Part shown: positions 12,801 through 25,159 of the stretch, in pieces
How positions within the stretch are numbered: the stretch's first letter is position 1
Layout of the letters: each line of letters starts with the position of its first letter
Origin: Bipalium vagum
Taxonomy: Eukaryota
DNA length: 33,590 bases
Assembly: GCA_037834085.1 (NCBI GenBank)
Contig: JBBMKC010225000.1
Span: forward strand, 1 to 33,590
Direction of reading: 5' to 3'
The notes under the pieces: generated by a model
Database searches by the model: none
Seen by the model: the letters and a program-made list of their open reading frames with translations, nothing else
Told to the model about the DNA's origin: nothing
Translations under genes and position numbers: made by a program

Positions 12801-14918
12801 TAATTTCAATATAAATTTGTGTCTATCTCGGAAGCCATGACTGCCACTAAAAAAATATATTTTTTTATTTATTTTTCTTGTCTTTTTTGCCTCCATTTTA
12901 TTCACATTTTCTGTTGTAGTAGTGAAATATTCGAGAGACTCGTGGAAATAATGTTCGGACTTGGGTTGATTAAAAATAAATGAATGACATAAATCATTAA
13001 AAAGCGTCTGGTTAACGTTTATCAAAAAGAATTTAATGAGTTAATTTCTTGCTTAAATTTTCCTGGAAAAATGAGAGAAAATTTTTAATTGTTGTAATGT
13101 CATATTGACGAGCGAATTAGCCTCAGGGCTGGCAACCAAATTGGACGGTTCTTTACGGTGTCTGGTGTTCATTTTATTGTTTGGTCCATTTGTCAGACAA
13201 GAGTGTACCGACTCAATTCGAGAGGGGGGGTCGCAACATTTTTCACATTTATAACGTGTTAAATCATATTTATCGTTGATGATCATTTACGATTGGTGAT
13301 AAAAATAAAGTTTCGCTATTCATTTCAAGTCTGGACATTGGTTTTTGGCTTTTGTTACCAACTCTTTTATCAATTATTCTGTTTTCGTCAAGGTAGCGCA
13401 AAATAAATGATTTCTTTTCTAAAGGGTTACAGGAGAATAAAGTCCTGCAGTCAATTTGTCGATCCTGGTTTTAATGTAATCTGAAATGTTCATCCTATTC
13501 CAGAAATATCGAGCTCTTTAATTATTATTATTATTAAGAAGTTTTAGAAGTATTCAGTTAACTATTTCTAAGATCTGAATACATTTATTAAGTTTCTCAC
13601 AGTTGATCCGAGATAACTTGGTCGATATTTTTTATTGATCAATTTTAAGATTAAATGTGCAATAAAATGCCAGTTCATGTGGCACCCATATCCCTTTATT
13701 TAAAACCTTGCCCACCGGATTTAAGTGACCAGAAACTATTAAACGAGCAATATATAGTTGCATGGAAAATTGATTTTGTGTTGACATGCATCTTCATCTG
13801 ATAGAACTTGCAATTGTTGGTATTCAAATGCAGAAGTACGACCTGAATGTTCATTGTATTTTACACTGGAATCATCATTTTTGAAACTCGTAAAAAAAAT
13901 GGTGTGTGTCTGCCAAAGATATCGCAAAGTATGCAGGTAAGTTTCTGCAGCAGTTTTCTCCATGATAAAATAGTGGATCATAACTTTCCACAAATGCTCT
14001 TTTCCAGGAATAGATTTTGTCATACTTAAAACTAAAAGGATTTAAAATTTTAATATTTAAATGATTATCCCAGTAAACAATGTTTATTAAAACAAAATAC
14101 AATATATAATCAATAAGATTTTTTTTGTCTTATATCATAAAAATAGAATTTAAAATATCCGCATTAGCTAAAGGTACATCTAATAAGATAGTAAATATTT
14201 TTGAATTAAGAAATTTGGTTAATGGAGTTAAGGAATATTTTTTTATGTATCAAAGCACAAGGTATGATTTTTTCCATCAATTTTTCTCGTCATAACATTT
14301 TCCTGACTATCCTCAATGATTTTAAGGGAAACAATTTTTAACATGATATTTTCCATTAAAATGAATTGCAAAAATGGTGAAAATACTCTACATTAACCAA
14401 TTAACTTTTTGGTATCTTGAACAGGTTGGGGAATATTTTAATAGTTTCTTTTCTGATATTTTCTCAACTTTGGCAACTTGGTAGACCCACTAACCTAATA
14501 TGTTACTGATAATTGTTTAATTTTTCGTATAAAGTCGAATCCTAATCTCTTTTTACACATATTTATAGGCATATCCAGAGTTCTGGAACAAGAAAATTCG
14601 TTCTGTTGACAAAATTTAATACAAGTCCGTTGATCTGCAAACATTGAGATTTGAAAAATCATTGGTTTATTTTTTATGCGATTACTTAAAGGATATCTCT
14701 TCAGTTAATAAGCTTATCAATTATTTAAAACTTTGGATTTACAGCACTGAAAGACCAATATATCTATCCAAAAAGAAGATTTGGGAATTTTAGGGAATTT
14801 TAGAATTTTGGGAATTTTAGTCGAACATTTTTCTGAACTTTTCTAACACAACTAAACAGAGGCTTGTGAGCAAAACATCCAAAAAATTTTAAATAATTTT
14901 TACTAAGTTAGGATATTA

Positions 14919-14966
<48 letters not shown>

Positions 14967-17197
14967 TATTATTATTATCATTATTATAACGCAAACAGGA
15001 GCCCAACAAATTCAATTAAGTCTCCAACCTCGAAGTTATAATTAAAAATTACAGTTCTGTATGTCCGCGGGAACCAATTCTGTACCAAGCAGCACAGATT
15101 TGGAAATAGTAATAAATAAAGAGAAGAAGAAATAAAAGTAGCCAAATATTATTGATATTTTATGTTGTAAATGAGAAATGTTACTGTTTTTGTCAATTAT
15201 TTATCCTTGTTTATTTTCCTGGCAGTTGGAGGAATCAATGTTAGAAATTGTAATTCTAGAGAAACGTGCGGACAAACGAAAATAATTTTCGGAAATTTTG
15301 ATGAGGTTGGAGAAAAGTCCTTTCAGATATTATTTATATTTATATTTTATTCAATAACGTTACTGGGTGGCAGTTTAGAGTTTACAGGTCTTTTAATCCA
15401 GTCTTATATAGGAATGGCTTTCCACAGGTGTGAAAGATGTTTGGCAAGATTTTTATGAAAGAAAATTTCAGAACATTTGTTCTCTGAGTAGATTTGTGGT
15501 AAATTCAAAGATAAATATTGCCCCGACCTTTTATTGGCTAAGAAAATAAATAAAATAACTTAGTTTTACTTTACCCCGTGTTTCCAATTGGAACTCACAT
15601 AATTCTCAAAAGCGTCTTTTTCATATGAAACCTTTTTAATAGCGTCAATATCGACTTCATCAAGGTTTCATTTCATAAACATGGGTTCCGAGTTGAAAAT
15701 AGGAAAAATCTTTAAGCACTGAAATTCAAATTTGAATAATAATTTTGTTAAGTTTTGGTAAAATAAGCGTTTTTGCCCCCTTAGAAAGTAGTCATTGCCA
15801 AAGTGTAAACTTTATACAATAAAAAGTGTTTTTTACAATTTTCATTATTACCCTTCAATATATTGTGCCAATCCCGTAAACTGTTGCTAATCCGGATACT
15901 ACTTAAACTCAGGCAAAATGTCGTGCTCGGAAATGTCAGCTCGTGGCTGATATTAGAAAGTGATTGAGCGCCTATTCTGGATACCGGTTAACCCGGACTA
16001 AATTCTTCAGCAACACACGATCCGAATTAATCGGAGTTCAGTGCAGTGAATTTCCAGACGTCATCTTCCACAATACTTTATTCTGGAAGATGACGTCATT
16101 AATCAAGTTGTCTTTCTGGATTTCATTTTCTGTCCTGAAACAGTCGCTTACCTTCGTCAAGTCCAATAAGCTGGAAAACTGTTTCGGATCGAATTTCACC
16201 TTTTGACTTTCTTTAAAGTTTTCAATTTACGGACTCAATATTTGCGAAGTAATTAACCGAGCCCCACACGTCGCACTTTTATTGTGGAATCATTTATCAT
16301 TCGGTGTCATACTCTTTTCCATGTTGGGTTTGATAAGAGAATTGAGCCACAGTAAAATTTGTGTTGACTATTAAAATAGAGCGTTGTCTGTGATGTGTGG
16401 TATAAGTAATTGTCGAAATGAAAATTGGAATGGTTTTCGTTATTAACTTTAACTAATTAATTAATTAATTATAATAATAGTTAATTATCTAATTAAGAAT
16501 GCATGAATTTTTAATTTATATTTTTCGAGAGTTTAATATCCATTTTTGTTAATTATTCCCAAATTATCTCTTTATTTATTATTCCTTTTATTTTTAATTC
16601 TTTTGATGAATTTCAATATATGTGTAGAAGCATTTGTTAAAATAAATAAAATATTTGAAAAAATAATAAAAATTCTCATTTTAAAAAATAATTTATTAAA
16701 ATAATATAATTTTTGGATGTTTAATCAGTGGATTTAATCAAAATAATTTTCTTCATCAGACATTTTTAGAAAATTTATTGATATTTGATGATGGCCGAAT
16801 CGAAATTGTTCAGGAAATAACAAAAAAACATTTTTTGGTAATAATAAAATCGGTTCATTGATTGAAATTTAATATTGAGTTTGTATAAAATTAAGTTTTG
16901 TTTAAATAAACAATTAAAGCCTCCAAAATTATGCAATATTATTTATGGAATTAGGTTTGATTGGTTGGTTTCGTTACTATTTTAGGAAATGATGTATTTC
17001 GGATTTCAGATTATCAAATAAACAAAATTAAGTTTAGGTAATAAATAAAATAATATAGTAATAATAAAAATAATAAAAATAATAGTAAGTATAATAAAAA
17101 TATTTATAACAGTAAGAATAATGTTAATAATAGAAAGAATAATAACAGTAATAATATTAAGATTAATAGTAATAATGATAATATTATTAATAATATA

Positions 17198-17236
<39 letters not shown>

Positions 17237-18009
17237 TTCACTAATAAATGTTTTAATTTCAAAATAATTTTGCGTTCGGTCATATTTTCAAGTATTTTTT
17301 GCATTTTATGATAATTAGCTTGGTCTCTCTAAGAACCAGACGGTTGTTTAAACTGGTGCACCGTGTATTTGTAAATACATAAAGTGATGAGATTAATTTA
17401 ATTTAATTTATTCCGAAGTGAAAGCCGATCGTTTTCACTTCGAATTGATTTTGTGAAGACTTGAAATTGTCAAAGTAAACTAATGTTTGGTTTTTGTTCC
17501 AGATTGCCAATGGAATGGCCTATCTCGAGGCAAGTGGATACGTTCACCGTGATCTGGCAGCCCGCAACATTCTGGTTGGTGACGGAGAAATCTGCAAAAT
17601 TGCCGATTTCGGTCTTGCGCGCTTGATGGATGTAGGGTGTGAGATGTATGAAGCCAGCCAAGGTTCCCGATTCCCTGTCAAATGGACAGCTCCGGAGGCT
17701 GCACTCTGGGGTAAATTTAGCACAAAATCCGACGTTTGGTCCTTCGGTGTTCTCGTTTACGAGATAATAACCAGAGGTCAGGTCCCATTTCCGTCAATGA
17801 ACAATACCGAAACGCTGAAAAGTGTTGAGAATGGATATAGAATGCCTAGTCCGAAACAGTGCCCGAGTTGTGTTTATGAAATTATGTTAGAATGCTGGAG
17901 CGCTCGACCCGAACGTCGGCCTACCTTTGCCAGTCTACGCAGCATTTTTGACGATATTTTTTTCAACGCTGAATCGGGATACCGAGCCGCTGAATGCATA
18001 TCGCGTTAA
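3265..18009 (+). CDS. Src-family non-receptor tyrosine kinase (invertebrate Src42A/FRK/Src64-type), 6 exons: 3265-3812, 3858-3956, 5945-6048, 9604-9918, 9973-10229, 17503-18009; 1830 nt = 609 aa + stop
   Basis: All introns are GT-AG with compatible phases (2,2,1,1,0). MGNC myristoylation/palmitoylation start; SH3 ([16 protein letters not shown]); SH2 ([24 protein letters not shown]); kinase [45 protein letters not shown]; C-terminal Tyr (ESGY). The exact orthologue cannot be set without a phylogeny. Confidence 0.95.
3858..3956 (+). CDS. Src exon 2: C-half of SH3 (NDPDWW...GYVPSSFL)
   Basis: ttttaag| acceptor at 3857; GA|gtctgt donor at 3957 joins A-TGG of exon 3 to give E-WYF. Confidence 0.85.
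5557..5585 (+). CDS. Candidate alternative first coding exon of Src ([10 protein letters not shown]), in frame with exon 3
   Basis: ATG GGC AAA AAG GGT TCC ACA GCA GCA CG|gtgatc. The phase-2 donor matches the phase-2 acceptor at 5945, and the peptide fits the MGxxxS myristoylation consensus. Confidence 0.55.
5945..6048 (+). CDS. Src exon 3: SH2 N-half
   Basis: tttttag|ATGGTACTTC ... CCAG|gtaagc; [34 protein letters not shown]. Confidence 0.95.
6944..7300 (-). CDS. Candidate first exon of an antisense gene inside Src intron 3
   Basis: 119 open codons with a hydrophobic segment ([18 protein letters not shown]) near the end, followed by GAG|GTAAGT (alternative G|GTGAGG 5 nt earlier). Confidence 0.35.
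8760..9110 (+). mobile_element. Mariner 3' fragment
   Basis: [20 protein letters not shown] (degenerate HPPYSPDLAPSDY) and a TTGCACCAAACTA TIR-like end. Confidence 0.65.
9604..9918 (+). CDS. Src exon 4: SH2 C-half, linker, kinase Gly-loop
   Basis: tttcag|GAGCT ... AAAG|gtgaca; [34 protein letters not shown]. Confidence 0.95.
9973..10229 (+). CDS. Src exon 5: kinase N-lobe
   Basis: ctag|GACTG ... TCTCAG|gtgata; [37 protein letters not shown]. Confidence 0.95.
10860..11130 (+). mobile_element. Mariner 3' fragment (irritans-like)
   Basis: [23 protein letters not shown] and a ..CACAACCTC TIR-like end. Confidence 0.45.
13668..14185 (-). mobile_element. 5' half of a mauritiana (Mos1-like) mariner
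   Basis: TA-TTAGATGTACC TIR-like end; [48 protein letters not shown]. Confidence 0.85.
14920..14963. repeat. (AAT)n microsatellite
   Basis: About 14 perfect units. Confidence 0.95.
17040..17236. repeat. Degenerate (AAT)n low-complexity tract
   Basis: Direct reading; produces the spurious poly-Leu ORF 17104-17304. Confidence 0.9.
17503..18009 (+). CDS. Src exon 6: kinase C-lobe and tail
   Basis: ttccag|ATTGCC; [27 protein letters not shown]; TAA at 18007-18009. Confidence 0.97.
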   Translation: MANGMAYLEASGYVHRDLAARNILVGDGEICKIADFGLARLMDVGCEMYEASQGSRFPVKWTAPEAALWGKFSTKSDVWSFGVLVYEIITRGQVPFPSMNNTETLKSVENGYRMPSPKQCPSCVYEIMLECWSARPERRPTFASLRSIFDDIFFNAESGYRAAECISR

Positions 18010-18207
18010 ACAGATATCTAAACTGCTATGAAAACCTGGTTTCGATTCCACTACTGTCTTCCAGCCGGCGTGATCTCTATCTACACCTTCATTGTGGACG
18101 ACAGTGCCTGAGACGTTCTAGTCATGTTGCCTTATCTGCTCCGAGGAGTGGACGATAATCTCAATTCAGATTTACCTCTACTACCTCTAGATTTAACAGT
18201 TGTCTAT

Positions 18208-18213
18208 AATAAA
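18208..18213 (+). promoter_or_regulatory. Probable polyadenylation signal of the Src gene
   Basis: First AATAAA about 200 nt after the stop, near where the GC-richer UTR gives way to AT-rich sequence. Confidence 0.5.
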
Positions 18214-19157
18214 GGCTCATCGGAGCTTTTCGGAATACTATTGATGTTACCATAATAATATAGATTTTCAATTGATTTTTTTTATAATATAATTTTATCA
18301 ATATTTCTATAGATTATTAAATGGTCGTACTCAGTTTTAGGACCGCACCGTTATCAAGTTGGATTTGGATTTTAGAAAATAACAATTACAATAATGAAAA
18401 TAAATAAAATATTAATTTTAAATTAAATAGTTAAATAAAAAAAAAGTTAACAGGCTTTGTCCTTATTATTTCGTAAAATTAGTCAAAATAAAAATAGTTA
18501 GTATTGGTAATAAAATCGTGGACGATTACGTTTTTGTTTAAATAATAGATTGAAGGGTTAGGGTTTTTTTGAGAAGGTTTTTATGAGGACAATTAAAAAA
18601 TCAATACGGGTAAAATAAATATCTTTCAAAATTTGAGACTGTAAAGTAAAGCAGTGAGACAATTAAAAGTACAGAGCAGCGAGGACATAATAGAAATACA
18701 CAATTAAAACGAAATACATTATGTTGATCATTGAATTGTAATGTTTCGTTCATAGGTCATCTTCCTCTTTCATAAGTCTCATCGAAAAGTCCTCAGTTCA
18801 CAAGTATCGATTGAAACTTGACCCAAGAAAGATAGTAAATTTGTTCTATATTTTGTCTAGGGTATTCATCCGTTCCACCTGACTTAGTGATAACTGCTTC
18901 ACGATGGCAGGTTATTTCTATATGAGAGCAAGGACAGTTCTGTAGTGTTGCTAGGAAATAATGTTCAGATTTATATTGATAATATTATTAGGGTAAATCA
19001 AAAGGTCGTGCGGTTTTTGTACACTATGTATAAAGTGATATTTAAAGCTGATATATAGGGTTGTTGCATAAGTCTTATCCGATAAATTTGTTAAGTTATT
19101 GAAATATAACAGCGTAGTTTTATAATTCCTCTTTGTTTTAATATTTTAGTTTTATAA

Positions 19158-20385
19158 CCCACCTGTAACAAAATTTTTCTCTCTAAATTGTTTTAATGCA
19201 TTCGAAAGTGCATGTTAAATAATGGTGAAATGTAAAATATTTTTGAAATCGATCGATTAGATTTTAAGATATTTCAATTTTTAAAAAAATTTAACATATT
19301 ATTTTGTTTAAATTAACATATTAAACATAATAGTAAACTTTTCAAATTGAAATGTTTAGATAAAGGTGCAGTTTAAAGTGTATATATTTAGTGTTTTCAT
19401 GAAATATTTTAATCATTTATAAAATGTTTTAGGTGTCATGAACAAAACAAACCATAAAATTAATCCGATTGATTTCTGATTTTTTTGCGCGAAATTCATT
19501 GGGAGGCATCCAAGAAAATTTAATGCCCATCTCAGGATGCCTATTGGAAATATTTCAAAAGTATAAGTAGTGATAATAGCAAAGGTTTTTCACCGTTTTA
19601 TGTATGTCCTTCTTGCTATCGATATTTATTATATTATTATATTAATAATATATATGTACAGTCGGAATGGCAGTTTTAAATTGCCTTTTCAGTGCCCAGC
19701 GATTTGAACTGAAAATTAAAGCCGGTATTTGCTATTTCTGCTCAATTGAAAAACCGACTTTTGATTGTAACAATTGTCAAATACCCAGAAATGATTGTCC
19801 GGACCTGGCTGACCACACGACATTGTCACCTTTCTGTAGTACTGATTCTTTTCTTCTCGTGATGGAATGCATTTTTGTCATTATATCAGAGGCTTGCTAA
19901 ATATTTTACAGATTGAATATAACAGAAGTGCTTGGTGCCTTTTATAGATTCTTCAATAAAAAGTCTAAAGGCAGGTCTCATGTCCAAAAATAATGATCTG
20001 CCCACCTTTCCAATAGCTTTAGGACATATGAAAGAAAAACGTGATTCAATCAAGAAAATAGATTTTCCGATGAACATGATGAAAGGCTGCATAAAGCCAC
20101 GCAGGTCTTTTAAAATCGTTTTGATGGCAGTCAACCAAATAAAATGATGGTCAATTATTTATGGTCACTCCGAAGAAACACCTCTTTCTTTGGCTCATAT
20201 ACTGTTGCGTAAAAAAGTATTGCTAGTTTTGTGAAATTTTTTTTATTTTGTTAAAAGTGATATAAGTCTAAAACAGTTCGACCGACTTCTGTTAAATTTT
20301 GTCACTCTTCCTATTATAACATACGTAACTGAACAAAATTAAAAAATTAAGAGGGAAAAGAAAAAAATTTTTTTTTACAGGTGTG
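19158..20385 (+). mobile_element. Chapaev3 (CMC superfamily) DNA transposon, internally deleted and pseudogenised
   Basis: TAA|CcCACCTGTAACAAAATTTT ... TTTTTTACAGGTGTG|TAA gives TIRs and a 3-bp TAA TSD. Transposase remnants: CYFC (19730), FIDSSIKSLKA (about 19941), SDEHDERLH (20066), MMVNYLWSLRR (about 20145). Confidence 0.8.
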
Positions 20386-20954
20386 TAATCTGTCTCTGTT
20401 GTAAGTGTTTGGTTCGACGCTTACTGCGAGATCTAATCTCGAAAATATAAAAATGTTAACACTATTAATATAGGTTAGATATGGGCTCAGCAACTACTTC
20501 AAAGGTAGTGTAACAAATGAGTGTTCTAAGATACGAATTAAGTATAATTAAATCAACTGAGATAACACGATGAGATAACAAGTGAGAAAATAAATACAAA
20601 TCTTTCTTATCACAATAATAATATTAATTAAAGTCTTCTTGGTTTTATTTTCTGATTCATTCTTACTAATTTTAATTATTTTACTAATCTTGTGGGTTAA
20701 GTTTTAATTAACTTCAAAACACAATTTATATAATTATTATTTTATTATTTATATTAATTAAAAACACATAATTTAAATATTATTATTTTTTATAAAATAT
20801 AAACTAAAATATAAATTAATACACGAAAGGAATCATAATATAAAAGAAAGTAAGCATAACAAGGCTTTTTCATGCAAATTTTCACAATTAAAATGTTATT
20901 TATGTGTCAATTATGAGCTTTGGAGTATCATCCTCCATAAGCTATTTTTCACGG

Positions 20955-22060
20955 TTGCAGAGGGTGCTGAGACATCTTTTTCTATAGATCCCATCACTGT
21001 TTTAAAATCATATTTTGATAATCAATACGAAATATAATACATAATTTATATATTTTGTTATTTTAAATATGGAATTTGATCAAATAGATATAAAAAATTA
21101 ATATATTTTTCATTGATTTATCAAATGAGAACATCAGATATTGCTAAGACGATAAATTCTGTTTTGAGAGATGGACCCATTTCAACAAGAAATGTCCAAA
21201 ATTTTATAGGAAGGTTTAGATGTAGGGATTTCAACATCAAGAATAAAGAGTGGCATGGGCGTTTTTTGAGGATGGATAACTTTGAAGAAAATATCAACGA
21301 TTTTCTGCAGAGTGAAAAATATGCAAAATGGCGTGTAATGGTAGAGGAATTTAATGTAAATCATGTAAATCATTTATGTAAAATGGGGAAGAAATATCTT
21401 GTAAATAGATGGTAACCACTTTACCTAAAGAAGAAAACAAACAATGCAGAGCAGGAATTTTTGATAAATTACTGGCCATGTACAATGGTAATGATTTACT
21501 TTCACTACTTATTAGTGTAGATGAATTTCGGTTCTATTGGGATAATGGGGATAAGTCATACCATAACAGGTCGGAGTATGGTTCTGATGATTTTCCCACT
21601 ACGTTCAATCAAAACATCTGGCGTCAATATTTTGGGACTGCAAAGAAACCTTGCTATGGGATGCACTTCCTCTCCATACAAACATAAATTCAGAAATTCA
21701 GTTGAATAAACTATTCGAGTCTCTTCGAAAAATTAAACGACGAATGTTAGACAGCTTTGAAAATTTAAATTTTTTGTAAGATAATGCAAGTCTGCATATT
21801 AGTAGAAATACTCAAAAAAAGCTTTTGGAGATTGGGTTCAAAGTTCTTCCTCACCCTTCTTACTCTCCGGATCTTTCTCCGTCTGATTATTATCTGTTTT
21901 TCTCCAATGAAGTTTTCAATTCGTGGAAATTAGTATTAAAATTCTGAAGAACTCTTGGCTGTTGTTCAAAATCGATTAAATTCTTTTTAGATGGAATAAG
22001 ACAGCTAATCGTCGGCAGAAATGCCTTAAAAGCAAAGTTGACTATTTTCAACATTTGAAA
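20955..22060 (+). mobile_element. Near full-length degenerate mariner (DD34D) transposase pseudogene
   Basis: HTH region (ORF 21113), ISVDE, then DNASLH..VLPHPSYSPDLSPSDYYLF with exactly 34 residues between the 2nd and 3rd Asp; stops and frameshifts; ends approximate. Confidence 0.9.
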
Positions 22061-22399
22061 GAACTGGTGACAGTTAAATTGTGTTTTTCATTTATTTCAT
22101 CAAATAAATGATTTCATCAAAAAAGAAATTTGCAAAAATCCAAAATTTATTGATTTTTGGTAAGTAACACATCATTTTATAGATTTTAAAATTATCTTTA
22201 ATATAAAAAATTGTTTTAATAATCAATTTTGCCTGTTTTAGAAATATGGAAAAATTGTGAAAATAGAGTGCTTTTGGGTCATTAATGGAAACATCACTTA
22301 AATTCCAAAGGAAGTGGCCACAAGAATATGTAGTAAAATATAGAAAAGATGTTGCCATTTGTTTAGCCCATACTTGTTCAAAAATGTCTCAGAAACCGT

Positions 22400-22690
22400 C
22401 AAGATAAGCTACGCTCCAGCTGAGTTAGAACCATGGATTCCAAGGCGATATCAGAAGCAGTTGAGGATAACCCATGAATGGGCAGGCATATGATTTCACA
22501 TGAATTGGACATTCCTCAAACATTCATTGTCCGACACTTTCGGGAAAGTCAGTCGAAGCTGTCTAGAAGTCCCTCATAAATTAAATAAAATTTAATCAAA
22601 ACAACAGTTGAACATATGTAGGAAAAGAATTGAAAACGCTTCTTTTGAAGAATAGTCACTTGAAATGTAAATTTGAAATATTTCCACACT
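22400..22690 (+). mobile_element. Mariner N-terminal fragment
   Basis: ISEAVEDNP..ISHELDIPQTFIVRH..GKVSR..EVPHKL..RIVT. Confidence 0.65.
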
Positions 22691-22719
22691 GGTGACAACA
22701 GAAGTAAATAATTATATCC

Positions 22720-23048
22720 AGATCAAATTTTAAAAGCATTACCTCAGGCTTTATGAAGTGTTTGGTGGAACTTTTTTGGGCTTACTGAAGGCAAGGGTTT
22801 TCCATTACAAAACACCAAAAATATTATGGAACTTGTAAATCGAATAAAAGAGGAATGGTACCGTTTTACTCCCAGAGAGCTACAAACTGCAGTATTGTCC
22901 TTCCCACAAATAATTCATTTAATGATTTCTTTTGAAGGAAGGCATTTTGATAACGTTATAAGAAAACTAGTGTATTCGACTTATTAAATACATATTTGTC
23001 TACTTTATTCATCGTTTATATTTATCCCTTGGTTTTGGAACAACCTAT
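22720..23048 (+). mobile_element. 3' end of a Tc1/maT-like element with TIR
   Basis: LKARVF..ELVNRIKEEW..LMISFEGRHFD followed by ..TTTTGGAACAACCTA-TA. Confidence 0.7.
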
Positions 23049-24345
23049 ATTTTCACCTTTTCTGATGCAATTATTTTATAGAATCGAAAATTAAGTATTA
23101 ATTAATAGTAATAAGTATTTAAGATTTAAGTTTTTATCTCCCCCCCCCTCATTAATGGTTGGTGTTAACGATAAAAGAAAAATAATCAATTCAACAATAA
23201 ACCTTTATTGAAAATAAAACAGTGGTCTGCATAAATACCAAATCCCATGATCTATTGGATAAATTTGTGTGTGAAAACACAAAAAACTCAATAATTGTAA
23301 ACAGCAATAATGAATCGGTAGTTCGCCAATTATAACCACAATGGATTAATTAATTAATAAGAATTACCAAACAAATAAAAGGAAAATGTAAATTGAGTAC
23401 AAAAAATCAATAAGTTTGTAAAGACTTCGTACCAGATTGTAAGAATTCAACTAACCATTGGGTCGTTAATTAGACTCAACTAAAGACGACTGAACTCCAC
23501 ATGGTCGGTTGGTTGGGTAAAGGTTCATAATTTTTCAAGTCATTGCTGTTATTTATTAACTTTTCATTAAGTAATATTGATTTCATTTGTGACTCTTATT
23601 GATACTAATTTCATCTGATTTAACTTATTGAACTATTAATCAATTTTTATTGATATTGATATATATGTATTTTGGTATATTTCATTGTTAATATTGGTTA
23701 CGACCAAAAATTGATTTGGAATAACAGAAATTGGTGGTTGTACAAAATTTGACAAATGCGTGTAATCATTGTGTATTGTTAGTTTCATTGCTGAACTGAT
23801 TATTCTTCTTTCATCATTAATACTAATCATTAGCGAGGTAATGTTAACAAATGTACAATATCTTTGAATAATTTAAACAAGTTTCTTTTTTCACATTCTT
23901 TTAATTTATTATTTTTATTATTTTATTACCGAATTTAACTCTTTCATAAAATTTTATTTATTTTCATTCTCATAGATTTCTTAAGTATTTTGAATATTAA
24001 AAGCTAAAGGTTTCTGAAACATAATCCCTGCATCAGTATTCATCTTATTAATGACCCCGAAAGCCCACAAGATGAGGGATGTCCTCCCTTATTTTCATCA
24101 GGAAAACATTCGGTATTATTCGATGTTTTCTGTTCTCGAAAATGATTGAATACTTACTAAAATAAATAATAATGTGACCGAAAAATATCTTATCTCATTT
24201 TATTTGGAGAGAGTTTTTTGTTTTAATTTTCTCATTGTTTTATCCACTGGTCTTTTATGGTGAGAAGGTTTAGGAGGAAGACAAATCTTTGTTATGAAAA
24301 TGTATTACAGATAATGTCATAAAGCAAAAGGCAAAGGTTTTCCGT

Positions 24346-25159
24346 CTAAGTTTCGCTGTTCTCCAGGAGTCTATACTTCAGGATTTTCTTTCTGTAGCCG
24401 GACCGTGACCGAATTCTAAATCAAATTAAATGTCGGATAATTTTAATTGTTTAAATTAAATTTAATAAAAACTGAAATGTTCAGAAAACTCTCTCTTTCA
24501 ATGGAGAAACTGTTTTCCCGGGTCTAGGCCCTTAATTTAAAACTTACATTTTGATGATTTTTTTTAGGCAAATGAAGAGCATGACCAAAACGAAGAATCC
24601 GACCGAGCAGGAGACGACGATTATCATTACGTGCATATCTAAGGTGAAAATTGACGATTTATCTCTCAATCAGTATTGAAGGCAAACCACAGTTCGAGAA
24701 TCCCAAGGACCTTTCACGCAGAGCATTGTTGAGCCACGGGAAAGAGCAAATGCACTGATGAGAAACATTGTCACAGAAGCCATGGCCACCGCAGTCGTTG
24801 TAGCAAACTGAAATGTAAATTATTTGATTACACTTGGATCGTTTGATATTTCACTTGAGCCTACTTTGGCTTTGGAACGCTGTAACGGGATAGTCAAATA
24901 TAAACTTGTGGTCCAGGACTTTCCGTTTCAATTTGATTTCCAGGAGTTGGGAAGAAATCGTCTCGAACTCGCTGCGGTTATTGTACATCTTGGCGTGGAA
25001 TGTAATGACAGTACTAAACGTGTCTGGTGACAGAAATTCAGCTAAATCCGTAAATGATTACTTGTTCTTTTTAGGGCTAACCGAGTGAACCTCAACAACG
25101 CACTTCCGATAGGACAAATCTTTCTCAATTATGTGAGCCATCCTTTTTGAGAATTGATT
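24346..25159 (-). CDS. KIAA0319: KIAA0319-like exons 7-11 (membrane-proximal region, Cys-rich module, TM helix, short tail); introns 48, 57, 49 and 132 nt
   Basis: NQFSKRM..NTVITFHA..CYNDCGGHGFCDNVSHQCICSFPW..SNC-DMHVMIIVVSCSVGFFVLVMLFICLKK..RKKILKYRLLENSET*; TAG at 24348-24346. Confidence 0.92.

Noticed and set aside
14779-14820. GGGAATTTT tandem copies resembling NF-kB sites or a short array
   Set aside because: Short slippage repeat without spacers; not CRISPR; no support for function.
17104-17304. Poly-Leu membrane-like ORF
   Set aside because: Translation of an (AAT)n microsatellite.
17470-17661. Minus-strand ORF (also 24824-25030, 32461-32667, 307-516)
   Set aside because: Antisense shadows of real exons or ORFs.
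17995-18009. C-terminal CISR of the kinase as a CaaX prenylation motif
   Set aside because: Ser at a2 and terminal Arg do not fit canonical FTase/GGTase-I substrates.
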